64,000 bases of DNA from Cirrosporium novae-zelandiae (taxonomy: Eukaryota), in contig JAPETS010000044.1 in assembly GCA_026023565.1 (NCBI GenBank), positions 124,001 through 188,000 of the forward strand, given 5' to 3'. The stretch's first letter is position 1; the number at the start of each line of letters is the position of its first letter. Below the pieces are notes generated by a model, which saw only the letters and a program-made list of their open reading frames with translations, was not told where the DNA came from and ran no database searches. Positions 51,862 to 64,000 of the stretch are shown one piece after another. A program made the translations under genes and the position numbers.

Positions 51862-53022
51862 TCAGTATAGGTTTTCTATTAGGATCCAACTAATCTTCTT
51901 GGATGCCTTGATCTCCTTATCCTTCTTCTCAACCTTCTTCATATACTTTTCTGCATCTTTTCCCGCCTTCTGCAGACACTTCCGTCGTCGCATTTCGATT
52001 TTTCCATGTTCATCCAGACGCTTCTTCTCTACTGCCGCCATTTCCCTATCCCTCTTCTTTTGCCTTCTATGCTGTTCGGCCTCCACGAACGCCGCCGCTG
52101 CCTCCAGCTCGACCCTCACATCCTCTTCATTCAGCTCCATCAACTCCTTATCTAGCTTCTCCTGTTCCTTGACGCTCAGCCCATCTGCCGTTGGCATCAT
52201 CTTGGCTACCTTCATCCGGCTCTTCATCATGGATTTCTCTTCCGTCTGTAGATGCCGCCGAACCTGCCACGCAGCTAACTTCTGTCCAAAACCCATCGTT
52301 TCCATCCCTCCCTGACCTGCGGGAACATCAAACGTCAAGGGGCTGACATACGGCTCTAGAGCCCTCATCCGCCTCTCCTGCACGCTGATACCACCAACCT
52401 CAGCGTCAACACCTCCACCCATCCTCATCGGCTCCACAAGCTTACACCCCTCTGGAAGCCCCACAGCCCTACATAACTCCTCAGAGTCACACAGTCTGAC
52501 TCTCAATCCCCTAGGACCAAAAAACCCCTGATTCGCTTCGTCGATAACCCGTTTCGTCCTTCCCTTGCTAAGGTAATACATACCCACCATCGCACCTGCA
52601 GATGCCACGGTCGATAGTGCCTGTGTGGTTGGCTCCGGAGCAAATCCTATGATTTGAGATGACAGGTCCACGAGCTGAAGGGAGATATTTTTATTTTTTT
52701 CCGTGTTAAGTGTGGTGATGAATTGGTGGAATTCGGCGCACGAGATGTTGTAGGCGGAGAGGATGGGCGCATAGGCGAGTGCGTAGGGGTTTGAGTAACC
52801 CGGTGTCAGTTGGGGGATAGCGATTGGTTTGGTGAGAGGAAACGATTGGGTTGGGAAATTCGGGGTAGATGAGGACATGTTGGTATCCATGTAAAGCATA
52901 TTAGGTTCGATGTAAGGTACGTTGGTATCCATGTACGTTTGTTGCTGGGGTGCTCGATATGGGTTATATTGAATTGATGACTCCATCGACGTGACACCAG
53001 TGGTGAAGGTTGATTTATCCAT
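51862..53022 (-). CDS. Hypothetical fungal protein with a charged coiled-coil C-terminus
   Basis: 386-aa intronless ORF; PIAIPQ, AYAPIL...FITTLN and NQGFFGPRGLRVRL motifs, K/E-rich tail ending WILIENL. Confidence 0.75.
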   Translation of the reverse strand: MDKSTFTTGVTSMESSIQYNPYRAPQQQTYMDTNVPYIEPNMLYMDTNMSSSTPNFPTQSFPLTKPIAIPQLTPGYSNPYALAYAPILSAYNISCAEFHQFITTLNTEKNKNISLQLVDLSSQIIGFAPEPTTQALSTVASAGAMVGMYYLSKGRTKRVIDEANQGFFGPRGLRVRLCDSEELCRAVGLPEGCKLVEPMRMGGGVDAEVGGISVQERRMRALEPYVSPLTFDVPAGQGGMETMGFGQKLAAWQVRRHLQTEEKSMMKSRMKVAKMMPTADGLSVKEQEKLDKELMELNEEDVRVELEAAAAFVEAEQHRRQKKRDREMAAVEKKRLDEHGKIEMRRRKCLQKAGKDAEKYMKKVEKKDKEIKASKKISWILIENLY

Positions 53023-54014
53023 TTTTTCTTCAATTGGTTGATGATGGATGGTAGCTGAATGCCCAGGGCTTCGATGGTTATCAGAGCGGCGACGATAATA
53101 AGAAAAAAATAAATAAACAAAATACGAAATTCAATAACTGGCTGACCGATGAGCAGCTGAGTAGTGGGTAGATGAGTAGGTAGGAGAGTGAGTTATATAT
53201 CAAAGCTATCGCATTAAAAAAAAAACATCAACACCAAGATGTCGTATGGCATCCAATCAAATCAACCGATGAAATCATTATCATCATTATCCTTGACCCG
53301 CCCCCATCCTAAGGATTCCATCTCTCCTTAATCGCTTACTTCCCACAAGGCATAGTTCCATACACACACAGCAATAGCAATAAAACTCAAAAAGAAGGAT
53401 CTCGAAATCCTTCGAACTCCCAAGGATCCAAACTAGCCTACTTGTGTTATTGGCCTATGACAGCTATACATAACGGACAAACAGACAGACAGACAGAAAC
53501 GAAAAAAACAACGGGCACACCGAAAAAAAGATCTACCTGTCTAAGCTGGCTTTCACCAATGGCGCCACGCTAGTAGGGGTATGTATCATGTAAGGATTAT
53601 AATTATAAATACAAGGAAGGGGAGGTCAGATAATTAAACATTTTCAGCAGCAGGCAGAATCAAGCATTCAACTTCTTTTTTGATGAATAAATAAAAAAAT
53701 AAGATAGATCTTTGAGGCTCAAAATGTTATCATTAATTAATCATTTCAAGCATTAGACTGTAAGCCGAAGATATAAGGTGCATCGGAAATTGGACCAACC
53801 AACCAACCAACCAAACAAAACAAACAAAAAATAATTTGGTTTCAGCTGGTAGACCTAAATAATTATTACTGTAGATCTACACATAGTAGCACAGACTCAT
53901 AGGAGTAGTCTAAGGGAGTAAAGGCACACACACAACCACCTTGGCAAGAAGCAAGGTAAGGTAAGGCAAGGCAAGGCAAGGCAAGGCAAGGCACAGCGGC
54001 GGGGCTTATCTTAC

Positions 54015-54130
54015 CACACACACGTGACACTACACACACACGTGACACTACACACACACGTGACACTACACACTCACGTGACACTACACACTCACGTGAC
54101 ACTACACACTCACGTGACACTACACACACA
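54015..54130. repeat. 18-bp minisatellite, 6 copies, each containing CACGTGAC
   Basis: CACGTG at 54021, 54039, 54057, 54075, 54093 and 54111; unit cacgtgacactacacac(a/t). Confidence 0.95.
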
Positions 54131-55761
54131 ACACATACACACACCATCCCATCATCCATGTCAACAATTTCATTTTGCTCCACATTGCTTCTCCCCCCTT
54201 TTCCTTTCAACAACAAATAATAATTACCGACCATAACAAAAACAAAAATAACAAAAAAAAAGGGATCATTAAATCTGTATGTGTGTCTGCCCTGAGTAAA
54301 ACATGGCTAATTAGGGGGGAAGCCCGCACAGGCAGGCCCAATTATGGATTTGGGGAGGAGGGGGGTCCACAGTTATGTGTGTGACACGAGCTGTGTGTGT
54401 CAGACAAGCTAGCTAGCTGGGGTATTTATCTTCTCTCCTCTGGTACTTGTAATAATAGAATAGAATAAATAGGTGGACTAGAGAATTAAGGATAAAGATA
54501 TTTTATATAGTATTGAGGGCCCTTTTCAAGAAAAAAGTATTGTGTATGCATGCATGATTTGCTATGTCATTATCATATAAATACCTCAAAAGCCTAGATA
54601 GATAGACAACCCGAAGAATTATCCTTTTGAAATCGGAAGATAAAAAGGTACAACGACAAGAAAACGTTTAAGATGTTTTCCGGTGAGACACTATGTGGAT
54701 AACAATACTATTTGATTCTGTTCCCCCCAAGCCTGCATCTAGCTATAAAAAACAATCATGCATAGACGGTGACAGAAAATTGAAATCAACACTAGGTAAC
54801 GTTGGTGATAATGACTGAACGCACTTTTGATTATGCACAGTAGCTAAAATTCGTATCTTATAGGCGAAGAAGCACTAAGGAATAAATAACAAGACTCAAT
54901 CAAAGCCAGACCATATCGTATTAATCACGTGGGCTTGCTTTTGCATCCGGGTTCGGCTCTATCCATATACTAATTTCATGGGATGTCTCTGTCTACCCCT
55001 TTGACGAGAACATGGAAATCGATGGCCATAGTGGCAATAGTGGCCTTCATGTGAAAAACATGGGGTTGATATTCAGAGAGATGATCGATATAGCACGCCC
55101 GCGAGATTTTCAAGACGGGGTTGAAGGATAGTCAATTGACTCCGCCTGTGCTATTGGATGGGTTGATTTTCTTGTCCACGGCGTCGCTCTCAGGAACAAA
55201 CACTTATATAGTGATTGCAAGCCATCGCTTTAGTGGGGAGCCCTGATGGAATTGAAATTAAGGGTCATGGTAGTTCTGGAAGCCTCTAATTGGTCTTTGA
55301 CCAATTGAAATGATGGCTTTCCCTAACTAGATGGTTTAAGGCATCAGCATAAGGAAAATCACGGTAAACGATCGTTCAGTAGTTGAAACGATAGAAATTG
55401 CCGAAGGGTGGGCTGTTATTCATCGCCGCTTTGACTCAGATCTACCAGTAGATCTCATATCTAGGCGATTATGCTTGAAATCAAGGCAATGTCAAGCCCC
55501 AGGCTGGTGAAAATATCCACCCATACTTCGACCAGTCCAATTGACCTGGCGACACTTGATGTTTTCGGCTTGCTGTAGAGAGGGTAGAAATACCCATAAT
55601 TAGATGCTTAGAAAAGACATAAATCCTTGTCACGCTAGACTAAACAGCGCCCAGAAAATCTTAGTCAAATCAGAATCGACGGTATTGGTACCGAAGTATC
55701 AGGGATCTTATTTGATCCTCATGAATTTTAAAGCCAATATTGACTTCTGCGGTCGCTGCTT

Positions 55762-57737
55762 TCACAATAGAAGCATGAGTTCCCAGCCTTGGCCAGCTGT
55801 CAGGGAGCGCCAATCAGAATGTTTTGACTCTCCTTTATCAAACGCGCTCCATACTTCCTTGAGCATCATGACAATGGAAAGAAAGGCATGAACCCCCGTT
55901 GTCATACAAATGTTGATTAATTCTGCCTCGAGGAAAGCCCGTTCCTCCGGATCGACTGTTTGTGTGCCGAGCATGAACATGGGCCAGCTCAGGGCTTTAA
56001 TAAGATCTTCAGCATTTGCAGTGAGAGCCAACGCCCTACTAGATTTAATTCCAATGCGAACAGCTTCTTGCATATCCGGGTTTATCGTCTCTAGATTACA
56101 AACCACAGAATAGAAATTCACTAGAGCGCCCTGCCGCCAAACTTCATTGGCATGGCGGGCATAATTGGAGAGTGGTGGAGGAGCCTTTGATTCTGGAATC
56201 TTCCAATCTTTGATGCGTGCGAGAGTATCAGAGATAGAGGGAAGGAGCCGACGGAGCGTATCTGTTGAAGCGCCTTGCTGAATATGTTGAGAAAGTTCAT
56301 TGGTTGCTCGAATGAATGATAGTACCGTGTGTGAAGGGAAATCAAGGAAATAGTAGTAGTTTAAAGAATCGAGGGTATCCGATGGGGGCTCGATAATTTC
56401 GGTGTCTCCATCGTTACTCGCTAGGGACGAGGCGAGTAAAGTGGAGCCTAGAGCATTCATCCATTGAAAGTGAAGCGAGAGGAAGAGACTAATCCTCGAC
56501 GAGGTCTGTTGAGTTAAAGCTCGAGAGGCTATCAGCGCTTTGGCACCTTTGAGATGGATACTCCAACCAGTGATCCCAGAGCCTAAGCCTTCATATATGA
56601 CGCTAAGAAGCACGCCTGCAAGCGTGCTGTCTTGCATGGCGCTCGTATGGTCTAACAATGCACGTTGTAGCAACCCTGCTGCTTTCTGCCGATACGTTGC
56701 CGCCAAGCCTGTTGGAAGTCTTCCTAAATGTGTAAGATGCAACGCTGACATGGCCAGAATCATATTGGTTAACATAGGAGAGTCTGAATCTTTCGCTATA
56801 GTGGCATAGACCTGTCGGTAGGGATTTTCGGTATGTTCAACAGGAGCAAGATGTTGTGAGGTCGTTTCCATGACTAAGCGAATAGAGTGATTAGCTTTTC
56901 ACTCCGTGGTAGCTTCAGGGAGTATTTTCTCACAATGATGAAACAAGTACCGATCGAATGGTGTTCTTAACTGATCGGGATATAGAGCATGAGTGAAGAG
57001 GGAGGAGCTCGGTTTGATTCCATAATTTCGTTCTATTTCTTCAGCCTTGGCCAGTCGTGAATGGATGATCATCTCATCAACTTCCTCCGCAACGCGCCGT
57101 CGTGCAACATCGGCCGAGATGCTTATCAAAGCAGGGTCTTGAGAGTAACTATGGAACATATCTGGATCATTACAAGCGGCCCAGATCCGATCCAGCCTTA
57201 AATCTTTGCTTGTAATTTTTGACTTCAGAGGTGCTCTTGATGGTCCACCAGGCATTCGAGGTATCATAAAAGTAATTTCTGGTATCTGCGGTTTGGACTC
57301 GGATGCGATGTTTGGGGATTGCATAGTTTTTACCACTGCCTTGTTCTTTCCCTTGGATTCCTCCATGGTGGGCATCTCAACGGTTTCCGCATCTTTCTTG
57401 ATATCTTTGGGTACTTCATCGCTAGAATTCACGCGTCGGCGCTTCTGTTTCTGCGGGGCTGAAGTGCCGGCAGGCCTGGCCACAGACTGAGGAACCATTC
57501 TGCTGACCATCTGTCCATTTAACCCAGGCCTAACATTAAACTCGGACAGTCGTAACTGATATCCCCCACAGGGAACGCCACGATCGATGCATTTTTGACA
57601 AGAAGGTTTCTGTTCGTCACATTTCCGACGGAGGGCACGGCAGGTCGAACAACCTGTGCAAGACACGACTTCAGCATCGGATTCATTGATGCGACCGCAT
57701 ATAGAGTATACTTGCCTGTGCGAGAGCGAACACCCAT
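55762..57737 (-). CDS. Zn(II)2Cys6 transcription factor with Fungal_trans_2-type C-terminal domain
   Basis: MGVRSRTG|CSTCRALRRKCDEQKPSCQKCIDRGVPC; ENPYRQV, ILAMSALH, WSIHLKGA, WPMFMLG; the first intron is GC-AG. Confidence 0.9.
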
Positions 57738-58960
57738 GTTGATAGATAATAAGACAATATTGGAGATCTGATGTGGAGATGGAAAAGTGGGCGAAGCATA
57801 CTAAGTAGTCCGAGTACTCATGATGAATGAGATGGTTAGTTAGATAGTTGAATGTCGATGACCCCAGCCTTTGAAAGCGAGACCTAGTTTAGGTTCAAAG
57901 CGGAGGGCCGAGAGAAACGAACGAGGATGATCAGCCACCAAGGCGACCATGCATGATAAGATACGGAACTCCCGTTTTTCTTATTTCCAATTTGGCATTT
58001 TGATTTGCTGCTTTGACCGCCTGCATCTCGTAGTCGTCAGCTTAAAAACTGTAATTTGTTAGTTTTGCTCGTTTTGCGTGTTTTGCCGTTCCACCCGGAT
58101 TTCTGACATTTCCATCTAAGCGCGGCTATCCCGTCTATCCAACAGTTACTTGTAGTATAAGTTGAGAGCCAATTCTATCCATCGCTTCTAATTGTCGATT
58201 TCATTAGGCTATTATCGATAAATCAAAAGATGTAATAATAAATCAAATCATCCCAATTAGCCGACTTCGGCCGTTTATGCTTTGGTATTTTATGTATTTA
58301 TACAATGAATACCTGATAATACGGTATTATATACCTGGTAATTATCTGTGTCCTGCTGAGCCAAGATTAGTAATTTTCCACTCTCCACAAAATGCCAAGT
58401 AGCCGCGTCGCGTGGTGTTTAAAAAATTCTTGTAATTTGTAAGCGCTCCTTCAGATCATTTACCATTTTCGGAAGTAACTATTTAATACTAAACGCTTGA
58501 AAATGTTGTATCGGCTGTAACTGAGCCTTACAACCTTAACAAAGCCAATGTCTAGTTCCCGGTGGGGGGGAAAGAAAACTCGCATCCGAAGAGGCTATTA
58601 ATTGTGACAGGTGGTCAACATTGCAGCATCTCCTGCATTGCAGTATTTGTGCTGTTTCAGTAGAAGCCTAGAAGGGGCAAACGCCACTTATGCTGACATC
58701 CATTCTTCCGCCCGTTGCACTATTCCTCTAAGCGACTGGATCAGAACTCTCGGGCGCTTCGGGCGCTGTCAATTCTGATAGGGGTTCACTAAGGCTTCAC
58801 CTATTGGTAGCATTGGCAACAACATTGGCAAAAACATTGGCAAACGTTGACAAGGAGGTATATCCTGTCTATAACATGCTGCTATACCCTGTAGTAATTA
58901 TAAGAATAATAATAATAATAATTTTGATAAATATTCCCATGCCTTTACCCTCTGATTTGA

Positions 58961-60118
58961 TCAAGATACCATCACTTCCGCTGTTGCTGTTGCTGTCGCT
59001 GCTGGCTGGATGGTTTCTTGTTCCGAACCAGGTCCTTGAATTAAAATCCCCTGCAAGTCATGAGGCACAAGACTTTTCTTCTCTTTCGCCACCATCGAGA
59101 TCGGATCATCCAGTTCCACCCATCCGCAATAGGGTTGAGAGACTGAATATCCGATTAATCGTTGAATCTTTGTTGGATATGACTCAACTATCTCTCGTGG
59201 AATGGCTAGGTATTGATTTTCATCCTGTCGTAAAAATCCTTTGACCATGTGACACGAGTATATGTTGCGGCGTTGGTCCGATGTCTTGTTTGCTCCAGCC
59301 CCATGCCAGATACTACCAATAATCATACACGCATCGCCTTTTTCCATCTCCGCCGTCGTGCACATGCTTGGGTCTGCTCTTCTGTCGTCGTCCCATAGAT
59401 GACTGCCCGGAATCACCTGCGTTCCTCCATTTTCGTACGTACATTTCTACAAAAAACCTGTCAGAAATTTTTATCCCATTCAAAATGCAACAAATAAAAC
59501 CTAGATGACCCACGGTGCCCGCAACAAGGATACCCAGCAGGGAACTATCTCCACTTCCTGCGATATGTTTAACGTGCTGAGGGACATCGTCACGATGAAG
59601 CGGTTGGCCTAGGGTGTTAGGACCTCGGGTAAAGGCTTGAGAAACGGCGAGAATCGGGTCTGAGATGCATTTGCTTCTGGTATCGCCCCACCAAGGATAT
59701 CTTGTTCAGTAAGCTTTGGAATTGCTCAAGGCGGACAAAGGCCCGTACGTGATGTCTTGAAGGAGTATCTTTGCAACCTCTGAGTATAAGGGATGCCCCA
59801 ATATTCGGAGAGCACACGTCCTCGATTTCCCAACCAAGCCACTATGATTGCTGGTCAACTCCGTGTCGGTCCAGTTTCTTGTCGAGACGCGACAACATAC
59901 CTCAAGGGTGCATCGTTCTCTCCATGCAGATTTCCTTTATATTTTCCTTGTTTCGCCCAGTGAGGTTTCAATTCTTTTTCGATATTCTCCACCTCTTCAT
60001 CGGTGATAAACCCTTCAATAATCACACCTCCATCCCGCCGAATAACGGCAGCGACATCATCCGGCGATGATGTGACTGGAAGCCGAGCAAGTGTTGGAAC
60101 ATCAGGACCTTTCTCCAT
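58961..60118 (-). CDS. PhyH-family 2OG/Fe(II) dioxygenase (FtmF/AsqJ-like fungal group)
   Basis: RRDGGVII, QPLHRDD (HxD), GGTQVIPGSHLW, WHGAGAN, LRQDENQYL; 3 introns, frame intact. Confidence 0.92.
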
Positions 60119-60602
60119 GGTTGTGTAGGTCTATTGAAGCAAGTAAAAGACGGGACATGTGGATCCTAGATATATCTAATGAAAGCTTGGAATCGCCAGA
60201 TTCCCGCTCCTGAATCCCAGCCAATGCTTGAATCCATTTGTCGTTATTCATATACAGATGTGGAAAGTCTACTAGCTGGTGCTAACGATGTTCTCTATGA
60301 TGTATTATGTCGCCTAACTTGTCCTGAAGCAGTGAAATGTTTCTCCGCCGATTTTGGACTAAACTGAGAACCCCGCAGCGGGATAAAGGGATAAGGGCCT
60401 AAGGCAGCCACGCCATTTTATGACCGAACCCGCTATCTCGGCCAGTGAACTTGAGCCTTCATGGACAATGGACAATGGACAATGCCCTACTTTATTCGCT
60501 ACGACTTTAATAGGTACTCGGAAAATACGATGAAAAGATTACCGTTTATTGATACAAAGTAGAGAGATGCATATCGTGATGGTTTTCTGTTGATGACAAT
60601 AT

Positions 60603-61554
60603 CTAAATCAAATCTTGAAACTGAATTTTTGTCACATCCCCGTTCGCTGCAAGGAAATCCAATGGCTCTGTTAATTCAACCAACCCACCATAGGGTCTGG
60701 AAACGTAATAACCCAATAGCTTCTGAACTTCAACAGGATATGTCTTCACCGTCTCCCAGGGTATGGCAAGAAACTGATTCTCATCTTGTCGACACCACCC
60801 GGGCGTCATAAAAGCTGCCATTAGCAGCCGGAATTCATTAGTTGTAGTATTTTGTCCAGCTCCATGATACGTCGATCCCAACCTGGAAAATTGGAGAAAG
60901 TGTTAATTTTTCGTACCTATCATGGAATTATAAAGATAGTCCTTACCAGATGAGAGCGTCTCCTTTTTCCATTTCTGCGGGAACCGTCTCTTCCATCGTT
61001 GGCTTTCGTTCATCGTCCCATTTGTGGGATCCCGGGACAATATTTGTTGTGCCCATTTCTCTTGTTGACTTGGTTCCGGCAAACATGATTCCAATATCGG
61101 TCTCATATTTCGCAGGATGTCGGGTGTGGTGACACTGATCGTCTCGATGTAGCCCTTGAGCTTCAGATCCAGGTCCAACCCAAAATGCCATGGTATTAGT
61201 AACCTGAGGCAAACTCGTCGAGGTAACTTTCTCATCCCCATAGTAGACAGTTGTGCTGCGACTTAACATCTGCCGGCAGACTTCCTGATATAGGGGATTG
61301 GTCAGGAGCTGTGTTGCAAAAGTGCGACTCTTTCCAGCAAGAGCTGTCACTCGTCGAGATTCTTTTGGCCATGTTATGCCATCCCATTCCTTATCGTTCT
61401 TGATGTGGACAGCAATATCCCTGGCTGCTTGATCTAGGATGTCATGGGCAACCAAATTACGAATGATAACTCCGCCATCGCGGCGGAGAATGGTGATGAC
61501 TTCCTCGGCAGAGGATGTCGAAGGGAGTTGCTCGGGCCCAGAGTTTAAACCCAT
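60603..61554 (-). CDS. PhyH-family 2OG/Fe(II) dioxygenase (paralogue of the neighbouring gene)
   Basis: RRDGGVII, QGLHRDD, GTTNIVPGSHKW, YHGAGQN, CRQDENQFL; 1 intron. Confidence 0.92.
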
Positions 61555-63646
61555 CTCCAGAGTTTTCGGGAGTATGCTAGGTCAACAAACCGGAATGTCA
61601 CAGAGGTGAACATGATTTATGTATCATTTGCGGTATTAGCAGGCGTTGATAGTATTGGATGAAGCTGCGTAAAGCTTGGCGGGGGTGAGGATGAGAGAGT
61701 CAAGTGCGCTTAGTTTGGCCGTTTTGGGACTGAAGCTAACCCATTACGGTAGCACAGCTTTGCGATCATGGAGCATCAAAAAGTTTAGGACGGGAAAGGA
61801 TCAGTGTAAAAGTAATTTTTGCTTCTTCTTTTTCTTTCTTAAGGCAATAATTTCTCCACCTTGTCCTGATGCAGCGAAAGATGACCACTGTTATATCAAC
61901 AATACCACAAGGATTTTGACATGCGAGTTCCTCTCAAGGACTATGTCCATAATGGATATCAAGCAATTGCATACAGATAGATCTCTACGATGCTATTGAC
62001 CCTAGGTCTAAGCTACATGATGCCGCTTCAGGAAAACATACCCTCATCACTGGAACCAGACAAGGAATTGATCGGGCAGGTCGGGTAAGCATTGTGGTTC
62101 TTTGAAGGATTCTAGAGAGCTAATCCAACGATCATGCCTAGACAATTCACCGGAGTAAAAGGAAACAGCATATCGTTGGTTGCTCGAGTGATCAAGGCAC
62201 TGGTATTGAATGCTCCTTGGCTGATGTTTTGGGGCTGCTGTTATGAAGGCGCTCTTTGACAAAGACGGTACCTACGTTGTAGTATCAGGACGATGGACAT
62301 ATTTATCAACTGCGCTTATGGGTTCCGATATTGCACACCAATAGGATCTTCGGATCTGCGAAACTATTGTCTCTGGCTCATGTTCTTTCACCTAAGCTTT
62401 CTTGTTTGAGGAGCCTTACACAAACGCCACAGCCATCACGACAAGCTTCATTGGCTGCAACCATCTCCCACCTGGTGGGCCTGCATATCAATAGAAAAGT
62501 TCACTGTCAATCGCCTTATGAGTCCATTGGCATCGCCATGTACTACCAGAAGGTCAGATGGTGAATGATGAAAGTGGCACTGAAAGAGGGCAGCTGTAGA
62601 ACACGGTCGCGACGGCATTCGGATCTTTGCTCTTCATCCCAGAAATATCGGGTCTAGACTGTTGTAGTCAAAGGTGCCCAGATGCTCGTGGCATAATTTT
62701 CAAGATATTATGGAGTCGGATGGACGACTTTGCGGTTCTCAATAGACAGGTAAGCGATGAATTGCCAAGCACCAGTTTAATAGTTGCTGTTCCTGAAGAT
62801 TGAAAGATGTTAGATGTCAATCTCGATGGTTAAGCATATCATTTTTATTCACTTAGCTAATCATTACTATCATCTGCATGTCATATCCGAGCCATCGATC
62901 TGTGTTAGCAAAATGGAAAGTAGGATAACGATGGATTGCCTAGATTCACGAAACTCTGAGCTCAAAGCGCCTCACAATTGATATTTTGTTGGAACGGAGA
63001 CTTGAGATGAAAAGGCCGGTTTCGCCGAAAACATCCATTATGACCTAATTAGTGGTCTTTTCCTTTTTTTTCTTCAGCACAGAACAGAGGGCAGACATAT
63101 GATATACCAAAATCTTTCGGACTCATTGATGGCGATGGCTCGGAGAATTAACGTTTGTAGCATCCAAACTCGGGAATAACTGGCAACAGTTGCTCGATGA
63201 AGTTTAAGCCGAAAAGAGTTGGGACGATGATATCCGCACAGACCAGCCAATCGAAGGTCAATTTTGTTTCTCCTTCCTCTTCCTTTCCTTTCCTTTCTAC
63301 GCCGCATTTCTTCTTTCTCCTGTTTTCTCTCCCCCCCCACAGTCATTAGTGCCATTTCACTCCTTTGGTACTTTTGACTTATTGTAGTTTCTTCCCCCGA
63401 ATCTAATGAATTCTAATCTTCTTACTGGTCCGAACCTTTAACCTCCTCCACATTAACTACCAAGGTCCCTAGGTAATTATGCCAATCAACCCAACAACGG
63501 ACGCGCTAGTTGATTGTTCGTTGCGATTGCCCTTTCCCTTCATGAATAAATACATATATCCGGCGTCCCCATATTGGTGACCGGGTTGGGCAATTTTGCT
63601 GATTTTCCTACCATTGCCTTAGCAATTGTTCAGCTCTCCGTTCATC

Positions 63647-64000
63647 ATGCCTGGAAACTCAGAAGTTACCGAGACTCATTCTCATCTGTCCAGGGACTTT
63701 GGCATTCTTGGATTAGTCAGTGTCGCCTGGAATGTAATCAATATCTTTGGGGGACTGTCCTATATCTTTGTTGTCGGCTTCTCAGCTGGAGGCCTCCCCT
63801 CAATATTCTATGGATTGTGAGACCTTCATATAGTGAACATTCTGTCTTGACCCGATTCCTAATCATGCCGCTCTTGCCGCAGCATCGGAGCCACCTGCTG
63901 TGTTGTATGTCTAATAGCAACACTTGCAGAATGTGCCGCCATGTTCCCTACCGCCGGTATTGTCACAACCCAAGAAGCCTCATGTTCGTAAGGCTGATCT
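63647..64000 (+). CDS. Amino-acid/choline/GABA permease (APC family), 5' part only
   Basis: LSRDFGILGLVSVAW...AGGLPSIFYG|...LAECAAMFPTAG matches the ACT-type permease N-terminus; truncated by the window end. Confidence 0.8.

Noticed and set aside
54015..54130. CRISPR-like regular repeat and ORFs with VTLHTH/SRECVV repeats
   Set aside because: Eukaryotic context with no unique spacers; the ORFs are translations of the minisatellite
54700..55560. Possible SDR relic on the minus strand (NINPMFFHMK-like fragment)
   Set aside because: Too degraded to support a call without a translated search

Overview
Intron-containing filamentous-ascomycete DNA; the species cannot be determined from the sequence. 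The left end holds an intact four-gene, catabolism-like cluster: Dal5-type MFS permease, peroxisomal copper amine oxidase, PhyH-family 2OG/Fe(II) dioxygenase and a Zn2Cys6 regulator with a 4-nt microexon. The middle (about 15-46 kb) is an accessory, decaying region. It contains pseudogenes with RIP-like CpA->TpA stops, relics of NLR N-terminal domains, a PDR ABC transporter with one premature stop, a frameshifted Zn2Cys6 gene, an intact O-methyltransferase, an intact uncharacterised transglutaminase/papain-like Cys-His-Asp protein, two solo LTRs with TSDs and a small hAT-type MITE family. The right end holds RTA1, BLOS1, a Cys-rich GPI protein and a second candidate cluster (Zn2Cys6, two tandem PhyH dioxygenases, amino-acid permease) that runs off the window. 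Short C-rich to G-rich strand-skew inversions recur along the window regardless of gene orientation. All gene models were spliced by eye and family calls rest on motif recognition, not database searches.
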